This document shows positions 39,783 to 54,527 of a stretch of DNA of 64,000 bases, one piece after another (within the stretch, counting starts at the first letter, position 1; the number at the start of each line of letters is the position of its first letter). The notes below the pieces were generated by a model, which did no database searches, was not told where the DNA came from, and worked only from the letters and a program-made list of their open reading frames with translations. The position numbers and the translations under genes were made by a program. This DNA comes from Paraspadella gotoi (Eukaryota > Animalia > Chaetognatha): positions 24,456,917 to 24,520,916 of the forward strand of contig CM119264.1 of NCBI GenBank assembly GCA_051294375.1. Reading direction: 5' to 3'.

Positions 39783-42700
39783 AATTTCCCTCGTTGGTGC
39801 ATCGATGTTTGTTTTATAAATCGAAGAAACTCGTCGGAATTTCGATTTATTTTTATCTTTTAAATTTGTTTTTCTTTTCGTTTCCATTAAACTAGGTTTA
39901 TCAGAAGATGTAATAATAATAATTTCATCCATCAATCATCGTTACCTATTTTTTGGAGGAGGGTTGAAACGTCAAGCTTCCGAAGGAAAAATTCTCGATA
40001 ATAAATCACAAACTTTAAACCAAAAAATGTCATTTGCAGTAACGACGCCGCCGCCGCAGTCCTCCGCCGCCACTACCGCTGCCATCGCTGCGCCGCCGGT
40101 GTAGGAAACCTTTACCGCCGCGCCGCTACTGCTGCCGCCGCTGCCTACCAAGTTGACGACATTAACGTCGTTTTCTTACGAAAAAAAAAGACCAGTCATT
40201 CGACGTCTCCCGGGATAATTTTTTCCCATTTCCCATCTTATCATTTCTCCATTTGACGGTTCATTTTTATGTTGTTTTTTATAAAAAAAAAAAAAAAAAA
40301 AATTACGAATTTTCTTTTACTTGGTTTTATCGGTCAAAACGGTTGGTACCACATTGTACGAAGAACTTAAAAAAATTGACAAGGCCTCATTTGCCTGTCA
40401 CTATGTATTAAGATTTTAGAAGCCACGATTAAAGAGAATTCTAAGCCCAAAACAAAACCCTCGCCAGATCTGTTTTCAAACGCTTTTCGATTCCTCACCG
40501 CAATTTTCCGATCGGCGACGAAACACTAATCAAGGTTTCGCGATAATTTATTTGCTATCGGCGTCGACCGATCGCCGCCTGTAAAAAAAAAAAAGACCCG
40601 ACATTCCATCGGCGCCGCGAATTTTCTTTCCAACCGAAGGACGATTTAATCATTTGCGCGTTTCCTTTTACGACGGCGCTAAAAGGCAGGTGACGGGCGG
40701 CTTCGGTCGCGTCGGCGGCGGCGTCTGCGCCTTTGGCAGCGCCGGGGAGGCGTGCTCTACTGCCACATCTGCTCGGCGTCGTATCCAGTCCGCCTCACCC
40801 TAGAGGGAACAGCCTGGGGCGACTTTCAAAGTGGAGAAGACGGGGTAAGAGGCCGAGAGGTAAAGAGTCGGATGAAACTGAAATTATTTTTAGACGCCGC
40901 GTCGCTCGGACTGTGTCGGACTCGGATCGTCTCCGCTGCATCGACCCGCCGCCGCTCCGACGCGCCGCCGCGCCGCCGCCCCCATCACCGCCGCTGTCGA
41001 CGCGTCTTCGCTTCGGGCCTTTTCAATCTTTTCGACTCGGGGTCATTTTTGACCTACCGATGTGATTTTTTCCGTTTCCTGCAGCAATGCAGCCTGTGCT
41101 TCCGCATCCTTATTTCCCTTTCTCTTCTTCTTTTTGATCTCTTCTCCATGAAGCAGTCTTCCTATCACGATTCTCCAGAACCCCTCACTAAGTTTCCTCG
41201 TCAAAACATACCCAACCCCACACTGGCGATGGCCACTAGGGACACCCACTTTTGCGACCCATTCGCTCTCCCCCCTGCCTCTCCCCACCGCCACCGCCAC
41301 CGCCCACCGCCACCTGTAAAGTCCAGACGACCGTAACTCAGATTCTTTTTAATAAAGGAGATATCGACATTCGTCTCTTTCTCTCTTTTGCGGTCATTCC
41401 AGATTTTGCTCTGAAACGGGACTCTTCTCTAAAATAATAAACGTTTGTGGGATGCCTAATGGACACTTAGTGGTTTCTTCATGGATTTGTTTATTTATTT
41501 ACTATTGCTTTGATTAATTAGTTAGTATTTCATTATTGTCTGTATGAATATCTATATGCTTTGATTATTTTATTAAGGTACCATTAAATATCAAGACTCC
41601 AAGTGGATAAGAAACTTATAAACTTTACGGCGCCAGCGGTCTCGGTCTTAGTCCAGTTTCCTCCCGACGTTCTTCTCCCTCTCCGCTAGGTCGAGGAGGG
41701 GGTTCTTTCACACCGCCACGCCACCGCCACCGAAAACTCCTGCGCCCGACGCGTTTTATGACTTTTGTTTTTTCCGTCGCCCGCCTTCCAAATTTGGCGG
41801 GAGAGTGGGGGGGGGGAGAGAGAGGTGGAATCTGAGGTTAAGGTAAGGGACGAAGAAAGTAGGCCCGTCAAGGAATTTGGGTCAATGAGGTGAGAGCAGC
41901 TGGGCTGGATTTGCGAAGGGACGTTATTTAAACTAAAGGGATCGGTTGAACGAGGAAAGTAATAATGAAGGTAGGCAAGCTGTATAGAAAAAAAATAAGC
42001 AAGCTTTAACGTACGTTATAAGTTAGAGTCGTTACATGTTGGAAGAGTAAGGGTGCGAGGAAGTGAGGAGGCAATAGAAGAAAAAAGCGCGATACGATGG
42101 TAAGGGTTAAAGGGGAAAAAGATTTATGGTGTGCTAAAGAAAAAGAGGAGATTGATGGGAGACTTAGATCGTTTGTCGTCGTCGTTGTTATTGTTTTGTT
42201 GCTGTTGTTACTACTACAAAGGGCAAACTTGAGTTGAGAAATCCACTTTATATTCCCGTGTACAGAAATAAAGTAAGTATTGAAGGAAGTTTAAATAATG
42301 ATTTGATAATTTTCCATTATCTCAAAGGTCCGGGATACTATACAATATTGCAACATATAACTTAGGTAAGTAACCGAGCCGATAAATCAAAGCTGAGTAA
42401 AGCTCTGAATCCGTAAAATAGTATCGGATACATTTCAAAGAAGACAAAAGAGATCGTTGAGATTTTTCTTTTACTATTATAAGAAGGTATGTATAAAGTA
42501 ATCCAAAACTCGGTGATTGAGGGGAGTTTGGCCCCGTAAAAGGGTGGGAGACGGCGCTGGGTCTCATGTTAACTTTGAGACAGTCTAGCTCTTTTAGCCG
42601 GAGGTCCATTCTATGTAAACAGTTAAATTGCTTACCCTTTGGCCATGTCCAGAAAATGTGCATATTGGACGGATTTTAAGATAAGTGGGGTAGTATGGAT

Positions 42701-44529
42701 GTGCGCTTTGCAAGTATTTTATGAACGAAAAAGTTTTTTGCAAAAACGCGTCTAATTCGCGGACCGACACCCCCAGCCACTATTTTCTAAGTCCAATTAT
42801 GAAACGTTAACTTCTCTTCTAAAGTATTCACTCTCTGCAAGATACAAACATAAGCACGAGATGATCGATTGTCAATCAAGTTAAAAATGCTCTCGTTTTT
42901 GATGAATTTCAGAAGTCCCGGAATAGGAATTTTATTAATACGAAAGTATGATAATTCGAGTTTACAAAACTCTAACTTAGAAAACCATCGAAATTTTTAG
43001 AAGTTTATTTAGATTGTAGTGAACAGTCCAGTACGTACTTCCCGAAAAAAATTAATAGAAGGAATTGTCTTATCAATTAGTTAAAAATTTGTTGCTCAAA
43101 AAATTTTGAAAAATTAGTTTTGAGAAATTGTTATTTTAACATTGGTTTAAGTTGTTTGAATTTAGGGACAGATGTAGTCATAGAATTTACATTTTAGTTT
43201 GTCCGCTATCTATAACAATAGGTTGCTAGCAAGCCTTAAGTAAAGAAAATACACAGAAAAGCTAATTGAATAGAAAGAAAACAAAAACAACGACGGAGTT
43301 TTTTTATAAGAGAATTTTTTTTTTTAAAGACATTTACATAGACTGAAGATTAGATAAACCGGATTACTAAGTTGATAGGTTAATATTTCAAATACTTGTA
43401 TGGGGAGTGCCGGTTAAGGGTGGGAGACGCGGCCGGAACTCGGCGCCCGTTAAAACTTAACAGTCGCTAGCGTCTTTTGCCGGAGGTTTAATGGTAAACA
43501 GTAAAGTTGTTGGACCCCTTTGCGCGGCCCAGTCCGGTCCAGAAAAGTAGCAGATGGGGTGGGAGGTAAGACTAAAGACCGTAGAGAAGAGATCTAAAGT
43601 GGATGTGCGCCAGTTTTACTGAGACGACAGTGTTTTTGGCGAACTGCGTTAATGGACGGACGGACGACGGACGGACGCTTAAAGAAATTCTTGCGCGTAA
43701 AAGAAGACGGTTGAACGAACGCCGAGTTTAACGAGGTTCGGTTTTAACGATTTTAGAGGGGTGAGAAGACTTCGATTTTACGAATTTATATTTAGTAACG
43801 AAGATATTTTTTCGAATGGGCAGAGAAAAGATCGAAGATTAAAAAAGAAAAAAATTTACTGCTGAACATCTTAAGATAATTTTACTTTTTTAAGTACAAA
43901 TAGTCAGACTAATTTATATTGTTATCATGCTTGTAAGAGTAAGGGCAAGATAGCTTGCTTAAATGAATGAAAAACAAATCTATATTGGTTGTAATAATTT
44001 CGTTAAACAAAAAAACTAAATAAAGAAAATAAGAAATAAAACACTAAAATACAAAACATATATTTCCTCCATTCGACGAATTTCTTGTGACGTGATTACA
44101 ATAACTTTCTGCTCTTCCCGATCGAGTCGTTAACAACGAAAGATTTCGATCTTTAGGTGAGAGACGACGACGAGAAAACAACGACGAAACAAAAACAAAC
44201 AAACAACGAAGAACAAACAAAACAAAAACCGACGGCAAAATCAAGCAAATAAACAAAACGTTGAGTGCCGATGAACCCGAGGGTCGGCGGGCGACAAGAA
44301 GGGAAAGCTCCAAACCTCGGCCGGGGGATTTTTGGAGGCGAGAAAAAACAGAAAAACAGAAAAAAAAACAACAGAAAAACAGACAGTCGAAACTTGAAAA
44401 AGAAAAGAAGGTGAAAGAAGAGAAAAAAAAACATTAAAAAATAAAGAAAAAAGTAAAAAGTTTTTAAGAGAAAAAAAGAGTGAAGACGAGCCCTGACCTT
44501 TGATTTCTCACTCTCACTCTCTCTCACTC

Positions 44530-44920
<391 letters not shown>

Positions 44921-45199
44921 TTTATGAAATTGGTTACAACCAATATAAAAAATTATCCATTCCATCTTAATAAATAAGCTAACTTGCCCCTGACTTTGTT
45001 TTACTTCTTTTCTTGTCTAAGTTAAGTACGATACAATATTAATATCTTATATTTTCATCTCCTCTTTCTATATTCTCCATCCTCCCATTTTCCTCTTCTT
45101 TCGCGCTCCCTTCATCCTTCCCTTTCTCTCTCCACCCTTCTTCTCCCACTCCCTAAAGAGGCGTCTCTACGGAGCGACGACCACGACACGCACATCACT

Positions 45200-45465
45200 G
45201 CGCGACCGACCGACAGACCAGCACCGAACCGACACCGGACCGACCCGACGACCCGACCGACCGAACCGACCCGACGACGACCGATCCCACGAGACCCCGA
45301 TGCGACCGAGGTTCCCGAGCCACCGATCCGACCGACGCTCCGGCCGTAGCGACCGACCGACCGACCGATAACACCGCCGAACGACCACACCCCGGACACC
45401 GACCGAACCGACCGACCGACCCCGACCGACCGCCACCCGGATCGGACGCAGACCGACCCCGACGC
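45200..45465 (+). repeat. Degenerate (CCGA)n array in the palindrome spacer
   Basis: Recurring ccga/ccgac units. Confidence 0.8.
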
Positions 45466-48400
45466 TGACGGGTTTTTTCATTCCTTCTTGACATTTCTCA
45501 TCAAAATAATTAAATAAATATTTGGTAAAACTCCGAGGGTCCATTTCGATCATGGGACGGGTGAGGTTTTTGGTAAGCGGCGGGGGAGGAAGCGGAGGCT
45601 AGGACGGGTGAGGCATAGGTGTGCGTGCAAGGCGGGGGTAAGTGAAGGGACGTAGTGCGTTGCCGGCAAAGGTGTGTTAGCAGCAGTTGGGATGAAGTGT
45701 GAGTAGGAGAGAGAGAGAGAGAGAGACAGAGAGAGAGTGAGAGAGAGTGAGAGTGAGAAATCAAGGTCACGGCTCGTCTTCACTCTTTTTTTTCTCTTAA
45801 AACTTTTTACTTTTTTCTTTATTTTTTAATGTTTTTTTTTTCTTCTTTCACCTTCTTTCTTTTTCAAGTTTCGACTCTGTTTTTCTGTTGTTTTTTTTTC
45901 TGTTTTTCTGTTTTTCTCGCTCCAAAAATCCCCCGGCCGAGGTTTGGAGCTTTCCCTTCTTGTCGCCCGCCGACCCTCGGGTTCATCGGCTCAACGTTTT
46001 GTTTATTTGCTTGATTTTGCCGTCGGTTTTTGTTTTGTTTGTTCTTCGTTTTTTGTTTGTTTTTGTTTCGTCGTTGTTTTCTCGTCGTCGTCTCTCACCT
46101 AAAGATCGAAATCTTTCGTTGTTAACGACTCGATCGGGAAGAGCAGAAGTTATTGTAATCACGTCACAGAAATTCGTCGAATGAGGAGAAATATATGTTT
46201 TGTATTTTGTGTTTTATTTTCTTATTTTCTTTATTTAGTTTTTTTGTTTAACGAAATTATTACAACCAATATAATTTGTTTTTCATTCATTTAAGCAAGC
46301 TATCTTGCCCTTGACTCTTACAAGATGATAACAATATAAATATAGTCTGACTCAATTGTACTTAAAAAAGTAAAATATCTTAAGATGTTCAGCAGTAAAT
46401 TCTTTTTCTTTTTTTAATCTTCGATCTTTTCTCTCGCCCATTCGAAAAGATTTATCGTTCGTTACTAAATATAAATTCGTAAAAATCGAAGTCTTCTCAC
46501 CCTTAAAATCGTTAAAACCGAACCTCGTTAAACTCGGCGTTCGGTTCAACCGTCTTCTATTTACGCGCAAGAATTTCTTTAAGCGTCCGTCCGTCCGTCC
46601 GTCCGTCCATTAACGCAGTTTCGCCAAAAACACTTGTCGTCTCAGTAAAAACTTGCAAATGCGCACATCCACTTTACTCTCTTCTCTACGGTCTCTAGTC
46701 TTACCTCCCCCCTCCCCAACTCTGCTACTTTTCTGGACCGGACTGGGCCGCGCAAAGGGGTCCAACAACTTTACTGTTTACCATTAAACCTCCGGCAAAA
46801 GACGCTAGCGACTGTTAAGTTTTAACGGGCGCCGAGTTCGGGCCGCGTCTCCCACCCCTTTTACCGGCCAACTCCCCCCCATCACCCGCATTTGGAATAA
46901 TACTTTAACCTACATCAACCTTCTTCTTAGTATAAAAAGAGAAAATCTCCGTCGATTGCTCTTTTGTCTTTTTTTTTCTTTTTTCCTCTTAGTTTTAGGA
47001 TTAGTAGCTTTTATCTCAGCTTTGTATTTTTCGTTTACTTACTAAGTTACTTTGCTTAGTCAAACCTATTTGTTTATTAGTATTTTGAGATTAACTGGAA
47101 AATTATCAAATCATTATTTAAACTTCCTTCAATACTACTTTATTCTGTACACGGGAATATAAAGTGGATTTCTCAACTCAAGTTGCCCACTTGTAGTAGT
47201 AACAACAGCAACAAAAACAATAACAACGACGACGACAACGATCTAAGTCTCCCATCAATCTCCTCTTTTTCTTTAGCACCCAATAAATCTTTTTCCCCTT
47301 TAACCCTTACCATCGTATTCGCGGCTTTTTTCTTCTATTGCCTCCTCACTTCCTCGCACCCTTACTCTTCCAACATGTAACGACTCTAACTTATAACGTA
47401 CGTTAAAGCTTGCTTATTTTTTTTCTATACAGCTTGCCTACCTTCATTATTACTTTCCTCGTTCAACCGATCCCTTTAGTTTAAATAACGTCCCTTCGCA
47501 AATCCAGCCCAGCTGCTCTCACCTCATTGACCCAAATTCCTTGACGGGCCTACTTTCTTCGTCCCTTACCTTAACCTCAGATTCCACCTCTCTCTCCCCC
47601 CCCCACTCTCCCGCCAAATTTGGAAGGCGGCGACGGAAAAAACAAAAGTCATAAAACGCGTCGGGCGCCAGGAGTTTTCGGTGGCGGTGGCGGTGGCGGT
47701 GTGAAAGAACCCCCTCCTCGACCTAGCGGAGCGGTAGAAGAAACTGGACTAAAGACCGAGACCGCTGGCGCCGTAAAGGTTTATAAGTTTCTTATCCACT
47801 TGGAGTCTTGATATTTAATGGTACCTTAATAAAATAATCAAAGCATATAGATATTCATACAGACAAATAATGAAATACTAACTAATTAATCAAAAGCAAT
47901 AGTAAATAAATAAACAAATCCATGAAGAAACCACTAAGTGTCCATTAGGCATCCACAAACGTATATTTTTTAGAGAAGAGTCCCTGGTCAGAGCAAAATC
48001 TGGAATGACCGCCCAAGAAGATCAGAGAAAGTCAGGCCTGACTCGAATATATATAGGTAGATGGTTCTTAGTGAAGTATATTCGTCGAGTCTGGTCACCA
48101 GTATCTGATTTAATGCGTAAGGATGCGATAGCTCTGAGTACGGGTCTGTCTGCACTTACATGGTGGCCTTGTGGGGTATGGCCCGGCGGTGTGGCACGTT
48201 GGTGGCGGTGGCGGTGGGGAGAGGCAGGGGGGAGAGCGAATGGGTCGCAAAAGTGGGTGTCCCTAGTGGCCATCGCCAGTGGTGGGGTTGGGTATGTTTT
48301 GACGAGGAAACTTAGTGAGGGGTTCTGGAGAATCGTGATAGGGAAGACTGCTTCATGGAGAAGAGATCAAAAAAGAAGAAGAGAAAGGGAAATAAGGATG

Positions 48401-51132
48401 CGGAAGCACAGGCTGCATTGCTGCAGGAAACGGAAAATCACATCGGTAGGTCAAAATGACCCCGAGTCGAAAAGATGAAAAGGCCCGAAGCGAAGACGCG
48501 TCGACAGCGGCGGTGATGGGGGCGGCGGCGCGGCGGCGCGTCGGAGCGGCGGCGGGTCGATGCAGCGGAGACGATCCGAGTCCGACAGTCCGAGCGACGC
48601 GCGTCTAAAAATAATTTCAGTTTCATCCGACTCTTTACCTCTCGGCCTCTTACCCCGTCTTCTCCACTTTGAAAGTCGCCCCAGGCTGTTCCCTCTAGGG
48701 TGAGGCGGACTGGATACGACGCCGCAGCAGATGTGGCAGTAGAAGCACGCCTCCCCGGCGCTGCCAAAGGCGCAGACGCCGCCGCCGACGCGACCGAAGC
48801 CGCCGTCACCTGCCTTTTAGCGCCGTCGTAAAAGGAAACGCGCAAATGATTAACTCGTCCTTCGGTTGGAAAGAAAAATTCGCGGCGCCGATGGATGTCG
48901 GGTCTTTTTTTTTTTTTACAGGCGCCGATCGGTCGACGCCGATAGCAAAATAAATTATCGCGAACCTGATTAGTGTTTCGTCGCCGATCGGAAAATTGCG
49001 GTGAGGAATCGAAGAGCGTTTGAACAGATCTGGCGAGGGTTTTGTTTTGGGCTTAGAATTCTCTTTAATCGTGGCTTCTAAAATCTTAATACATAGTGAC
49101 AGGCAAATGAGCCCTTGTCAATTTTTTTAAGTTCTTCGTACAATGTGGTACCAACCGTTTTGACCGATAAAACCAAGTAAAAGAAAATTCGTAATTTTTT
49201 TTTTTTTTTTTTTATAAAAAACAACATAAAAATGAACCGTCAAATGGAGAAATGATAAGATGGGAAATGGGAAAAAATTATCCCGGGAGACGTCGAATGA
49301 CTGGTCTTTTTTTTTCGTAGAAAACGACGTTAATGTCGTCAACTTGGTAGGCAGCGGCGGCAGCACTAGCGGCGCGGCGGTAAAGGTTTCCTGCACCGGC
49401 GGCGCAGCGATGGCAGCGGTAGTGGCGGCGGAGGACTGCGGCGGCGGCGTCGTTACTGCAAATGACATTTTTTGGTTTAAAGTTTGTGATTTATTATCGA
49501 GAATGTTTCCTTCGGAAGCTTGACGTTTCAACCCTCCTCCAAAAAATAGGNNNNNNNNNNNNNNNNNNNNNNNNNNNNNNNNNNNNNNNNNNNNNNACCA
49601 GTTTAATGGAAACGAAAAGAAAAACAAATTTAAAAGATAAAAATAAATCGAAATTCCGACGAGTTTCTTCGATTTATAAAACAANNNNNNNNNNNNNNNN
49701 NNNNNNNNNNNNNNNNNNNNNNNNNNNNNNNNNNNNNNNNNNNNNNNNNNNNNNNNNNNNNNNNNNNNNNNNNNNNNNNNNNNNNNNNNNNNNNNNNNNN
49801 NNNNNNNNNNNNNNNNNNNNNNNNNNNNNNNNNNNNNNNNNNNNNNNNNNNNNNNNNNNNNNNNNNNNNNNNNNNNNNNNNNNNNNNNNNNNNNNNNNNN
49901 NNNNNNNNNNNNNNNNNNNNNNNNNNNNNNNNNNNNNNNNNNNNNNNNNNNNNNNNNNNNNNNNNNNNNNNNNNNNNNNNNNNNNNNNNNNNNNNNNNNN
50001 NNNNNNNNNNNNNNNNNNNNNNNNNNNNNNNNNNNNNNNNNNNNNNNNNNNNNNNNNNNNNNNNNNNNNNNNNNNNNNNNNNNNNNNNNNNNNNNNNNNN
50101 NNNGGGGGGAATGAATGGCACGGTCGGATTTCGCGAACAAAATGGCGACGTTTGTCGAGTCCGTCGTTTTGCATGAAATAATTAAGGTGTTAAAAAAATC
50201 CTTTTTTAAATTTTGGCACTCCGACAAGCTAATTGGTTTAATATTCAGCTAGTCTATTTATTTATGAAATTACTATTAAGAATTTTAACCCGATTAGATT
50301 TAATTTGATTTTACGAACAATCCAAAAGTTTTGATATTAGTTTAAGCGTGATATGGTCTTAAACTAAGAAAAAGACTAGCAAAATTATCTACCGGTCAAA
50401 TCGATTTTAACTCTAGAAAANNNNNNNNNNCATGAAAAATTCCATTCGACGTCCATATGACGGAAGCGAAGCGGGAGAAATGGGAAAGGAGGGAGGAAAA
50501 GGGGAGGAAAGGGGGAGGAGAGGGAAAGAGTGGAGGAAGGAAATAAGGGAGGAAGGGATTAGGGGAGGAAATGGAAATAGAAAATGAATTAAAGAATAGG
50601 CTTGAAAAGAGAGGGGAAGTAAAAAAAGGAAGGGGAGGAAAGGTGAAGGTGAAAGGGAAATGAAAAAGGTGATGAAAGATAATCGAAGAAAAAGAGATGG
50701 GGAGAAAAGGAAAGAGGAAGAAAAGTCAATAGAAACTGTAAGGANNNNNNNNNNNNNNNNNNNNNNNNNNNNNNNNNNNNNNNNNNNNNNNNNNNNNNNN
50801 NNNNNNNNNNNNNNNNNNNNNNNNNNNNNNNNNNNNNNNNNNNNNNNNNNNNNNNNNNNNNNNNNNNNNNNNNNNNNNNNNNNNNNNNNNNNNNNNNNNN
50901 NNNNNNNNNNNNNNNNNNNNNNNNNNNNNNNNNNNNNAATTGTCGTTAGATTAAAAAGGGAAAAAAGCCGGACCGGCCGTAAGATAAATTGGAGAAAAAA
51001 AAGTGAAAAAAAGAGGCTGAGGGAATTCGTAAAGATTTAGAGAAAAAAAAACTAGTTGACGTCATAATGCCTGACAACGCGAGTCTTACTCTGACAACAA
51101 CGACGACAACGGCGCCGGAGACAACAACAAAT

Positions 51133-51167
<35 letters not shown>

Positions 51168-51959
51168 ACTGATAACGCCATCATAACGTAAACGACAAGA
51201 TTCAATGGAGGCAAAGAAATCCGCTCGCTGTGAATTCATGAGAGCTGAGAACGAGAATATGAGAAAGGGAAGAAAACATGGGCAGGTAGAGGAGAGAGGC
51301 TACGAGGGCGGAGGAGAAACGAGTGAGGATTAGAGAGAGTGAGAGATATTGAGAAGAAGAATGGAGACAGAGAGGAGAGAGATAAGAAGGAACAGGAGAG
51401 AGAGAGAGAGACGCGGCTCAAGTCGGACCGTGAATCTTCGTGATTGGAATGAAAGACTCTCCATCGCCCGCTCTTTGCGTCCTCTTTTCCTTTTTCCTTT
51501 CTCCCATTTCCTTTTTTTCCTTTCCCTTTACCTCATCCCCCCATCTATTTTTTTTCCGCTCCCGGTTTTCCGCTTTTAGTCTCCCGCTTTCCGCTTTCGA
51601 TTCGATCAACTTTTCATTCTTTCAGTTCTCTTGTTTTTTTCCCCCCTCTTTTCCATTTTCATTGTTTTCTCTCCTCCGTTTTTTTTTCTTTCCTCTGTTT
51701 TCTTTCAGCTTTCCTCCTTTTCTTCGTTACTTTTCCCTTTGTTTTCACTTTTTACTTTTGAGGTTTTTGTTGTTTTTTTTTCTTCAACGATTTCGTTCTC
51801 TTTTGTTTTCTCCTGAAAGAAAAAATCGGCAGGTGCAGCGAGAATGCATCGGCAGCAGGAGCAGCAGCAACAGCAGCTTTTTCAACGACCACTCATTCGG
51901 AATCGGCAGAGGTGAGGCGTTTGTGGTCAAATTTTATCAATCGATCGATGAAATATACA

Positions 51960-52110
<151 letters not shown>

Positions 52111-53952
52111 TAACAATTGTGAACTGTGAGACCAGACGGAATCGAATCAATGGACAAAACTATCTCTCTCTCTTCTTCATCGATATGGAAGCCAGGAATT
52201 CTGGGAGTGAATTACATTTCGATAGTCTCTTGATCGCAAGCTTGCAGCGTTCTGCTTTGTTATTATCTTGTAAGAGGGATGAAGGCCTAAACTCACCATA
52301 GCCTGACTAAAGATAACAAGATAGCTTATCTATTGATTAAATGAATAATTATTACATTGCTCGTACCAATTTAATGAATCGATTGCCGACTGCAATGTCG
52401 AGCGAGAAGCCGTTCGCCCAATTAGCCTAATCTTCCCCACGAAGTGACCGTCTGACGGTCTCACCCCGTCGACCTCACTTACGGATCCGGCACATTCAGG
52501 ATTGTCACCGGAAAAATTACGGTTTCGAATCTCGGTCGCGAAGCCGGAATCAATTAATGCAGAAAACTCTAACGGAGAATTGGACGAGTTGGGGGCGGGA
52601 ATTGGATCGAGAACCGCACTGTATCTTGGAAAGGAACACTACTGTATTTTAGGGCGAATGTGGTGGCGATTAAATGAATGAGTGAAGAAAAGATGAATGA
52701 ATAATATGATTTAAATGATTAATTAAAGAAAATAGGAGGAAGAAATATAAATATAATTAGTATTATTTTAATTTTAGAGACATAAATCAATTAATTACTT
52801 TGTATTGGTTTTATAGTGGTTTACTAGTGGATTTTAGGGCGATTTGAAACAAATAATCACTATTTACTGCTCTCTTGCGTTCCAGTTGACAAATATCACC
52901 TATCGTCTGCTGTCGGGAGATCAGCGACAAACGTCACTTTTAGCCCAGTTTTATGCCGCATGTGACAGATGTCGCTTTTGGATTGACAAGAGTCGACGCT
53001 CGTCGAAACTGACACAATCGAACAAATGACTAACGCCAATTTCTTCGGAGAATAACGCAGATGATGCTGTGGCTCTTTTGTTACACAGATGTCGCTCTTA
53101 AGCGATGACAAACGGACAAGGATGTGTTACGCTGGTCGCGGAATTATTTCTTACTTGCTAGATGTCACACCTCAAATGTCATTCTTCACCCGAATGTCAC
53201 GCCGTCGGTAAAAAATGTCAGGACTTCCGTGACACTTGTGACTCCTGCTCCGATGTCACTCGCCTCGCCCCTCAATTTGTTTCGCTTCGGATTCCCCGTC
53301 GCTATTCGTTTTCGTCGCAGCCACTTACGACTAAACTCGACTTCGAGGTGGTCGTTGTAGTTGTCGTCGTTGTTGTGGTCGTTGTTGTGGTTCTCATCGT
53401 TGTATCTGCGGTTTCCAAATAGCACTGTGCAAAGATCTTGACTAGCGCCAGATTCGAACCATAAACTTTTGTTACCTCGATCGCTGATGCCAACCGTCTA
53501 CGCCAATACGCCATTTTCTTCTCCCCCTTTTCGCCTCGATCGTATTCTACGCCAAAGACACTCGTCCTCCACATTTGCCTCTTAACTCCCGCACGTTCAT
53601 CGACACGTCAGCTTCAGTGACGCCTAATGCCCTTCTAGTACAACAAAACAAAAATTAAACAATCTAATAATCGAGAAAACAAACAAAACAATCGGATCAA
53701 AACACTAAGCGCCCTTCTTTCGCCGCGCAGTTCCGCTGCAGTAAACGCAGCGCCAGCGGCGGCAGAAGCAAACTGTTCCCAATCGATGGCGCGAATCGAC
53801 AGTCGGAGAAACTCCCTGGATTTCCGTCCTGGTAAACAACTACAACGATATCGAGGCCGACAGCGATTCCATCCCACGTCTCTCCTTTCGCCACGCCCAC
53901 CCAACGCGCCCGGGCTCGACCCATAATTCAAAATAAAAATGCCCATCGCTCG

Positions 53953-54017
<65 letters not shown>

Positions 54018-54428
54018 CTCCTCTCTCTCTGGTTTCTTTGGTTGTTGTTTATTGTCTTCGTCGGCGTTGGTCTCGGTTTTGTTTGAACAGCAAGCGACGT
54101 CGTTGTCGCTATTGTCGTCGGCGATTTCGTCGTCTTTGTCGTCATGGTCAGAATTTTCGCGTTTGTAATTGTCGCTATCGTCATGTTTGTTGACGTCGAC
54201 GTCTTCACCGTAATAACTTTTATCGTCGTTGTCGTCTTCGTCTTTACTGTCGTTGTTGTTCGTCGTCGATGTCGTCGTCGTCGTCGTCCCTAATACATAG
54301 TGGCCCACAACACCCTCGTCAGAATCGTCATTATTTTCCGTCGTCGTTTTTTTTTTGTCGGTGCTTATGCGATGGAATCGATTCACGAATCTCCTCCGAG
54401 CGGCGGGGGGTCGAACGGCGAAGGAAAA

Positions 54429-54527
<99 letters not shown>

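Noticed and set aside
53960-54420. Asp/Asn-rich minus-strand ORF (also 3328-3520 and 24340-24700)
   Set aside because: Composition is explained by decayed (GAC/AAC)n repeats; no start, reliable splice frame or domain, so coding status cannot be supported.
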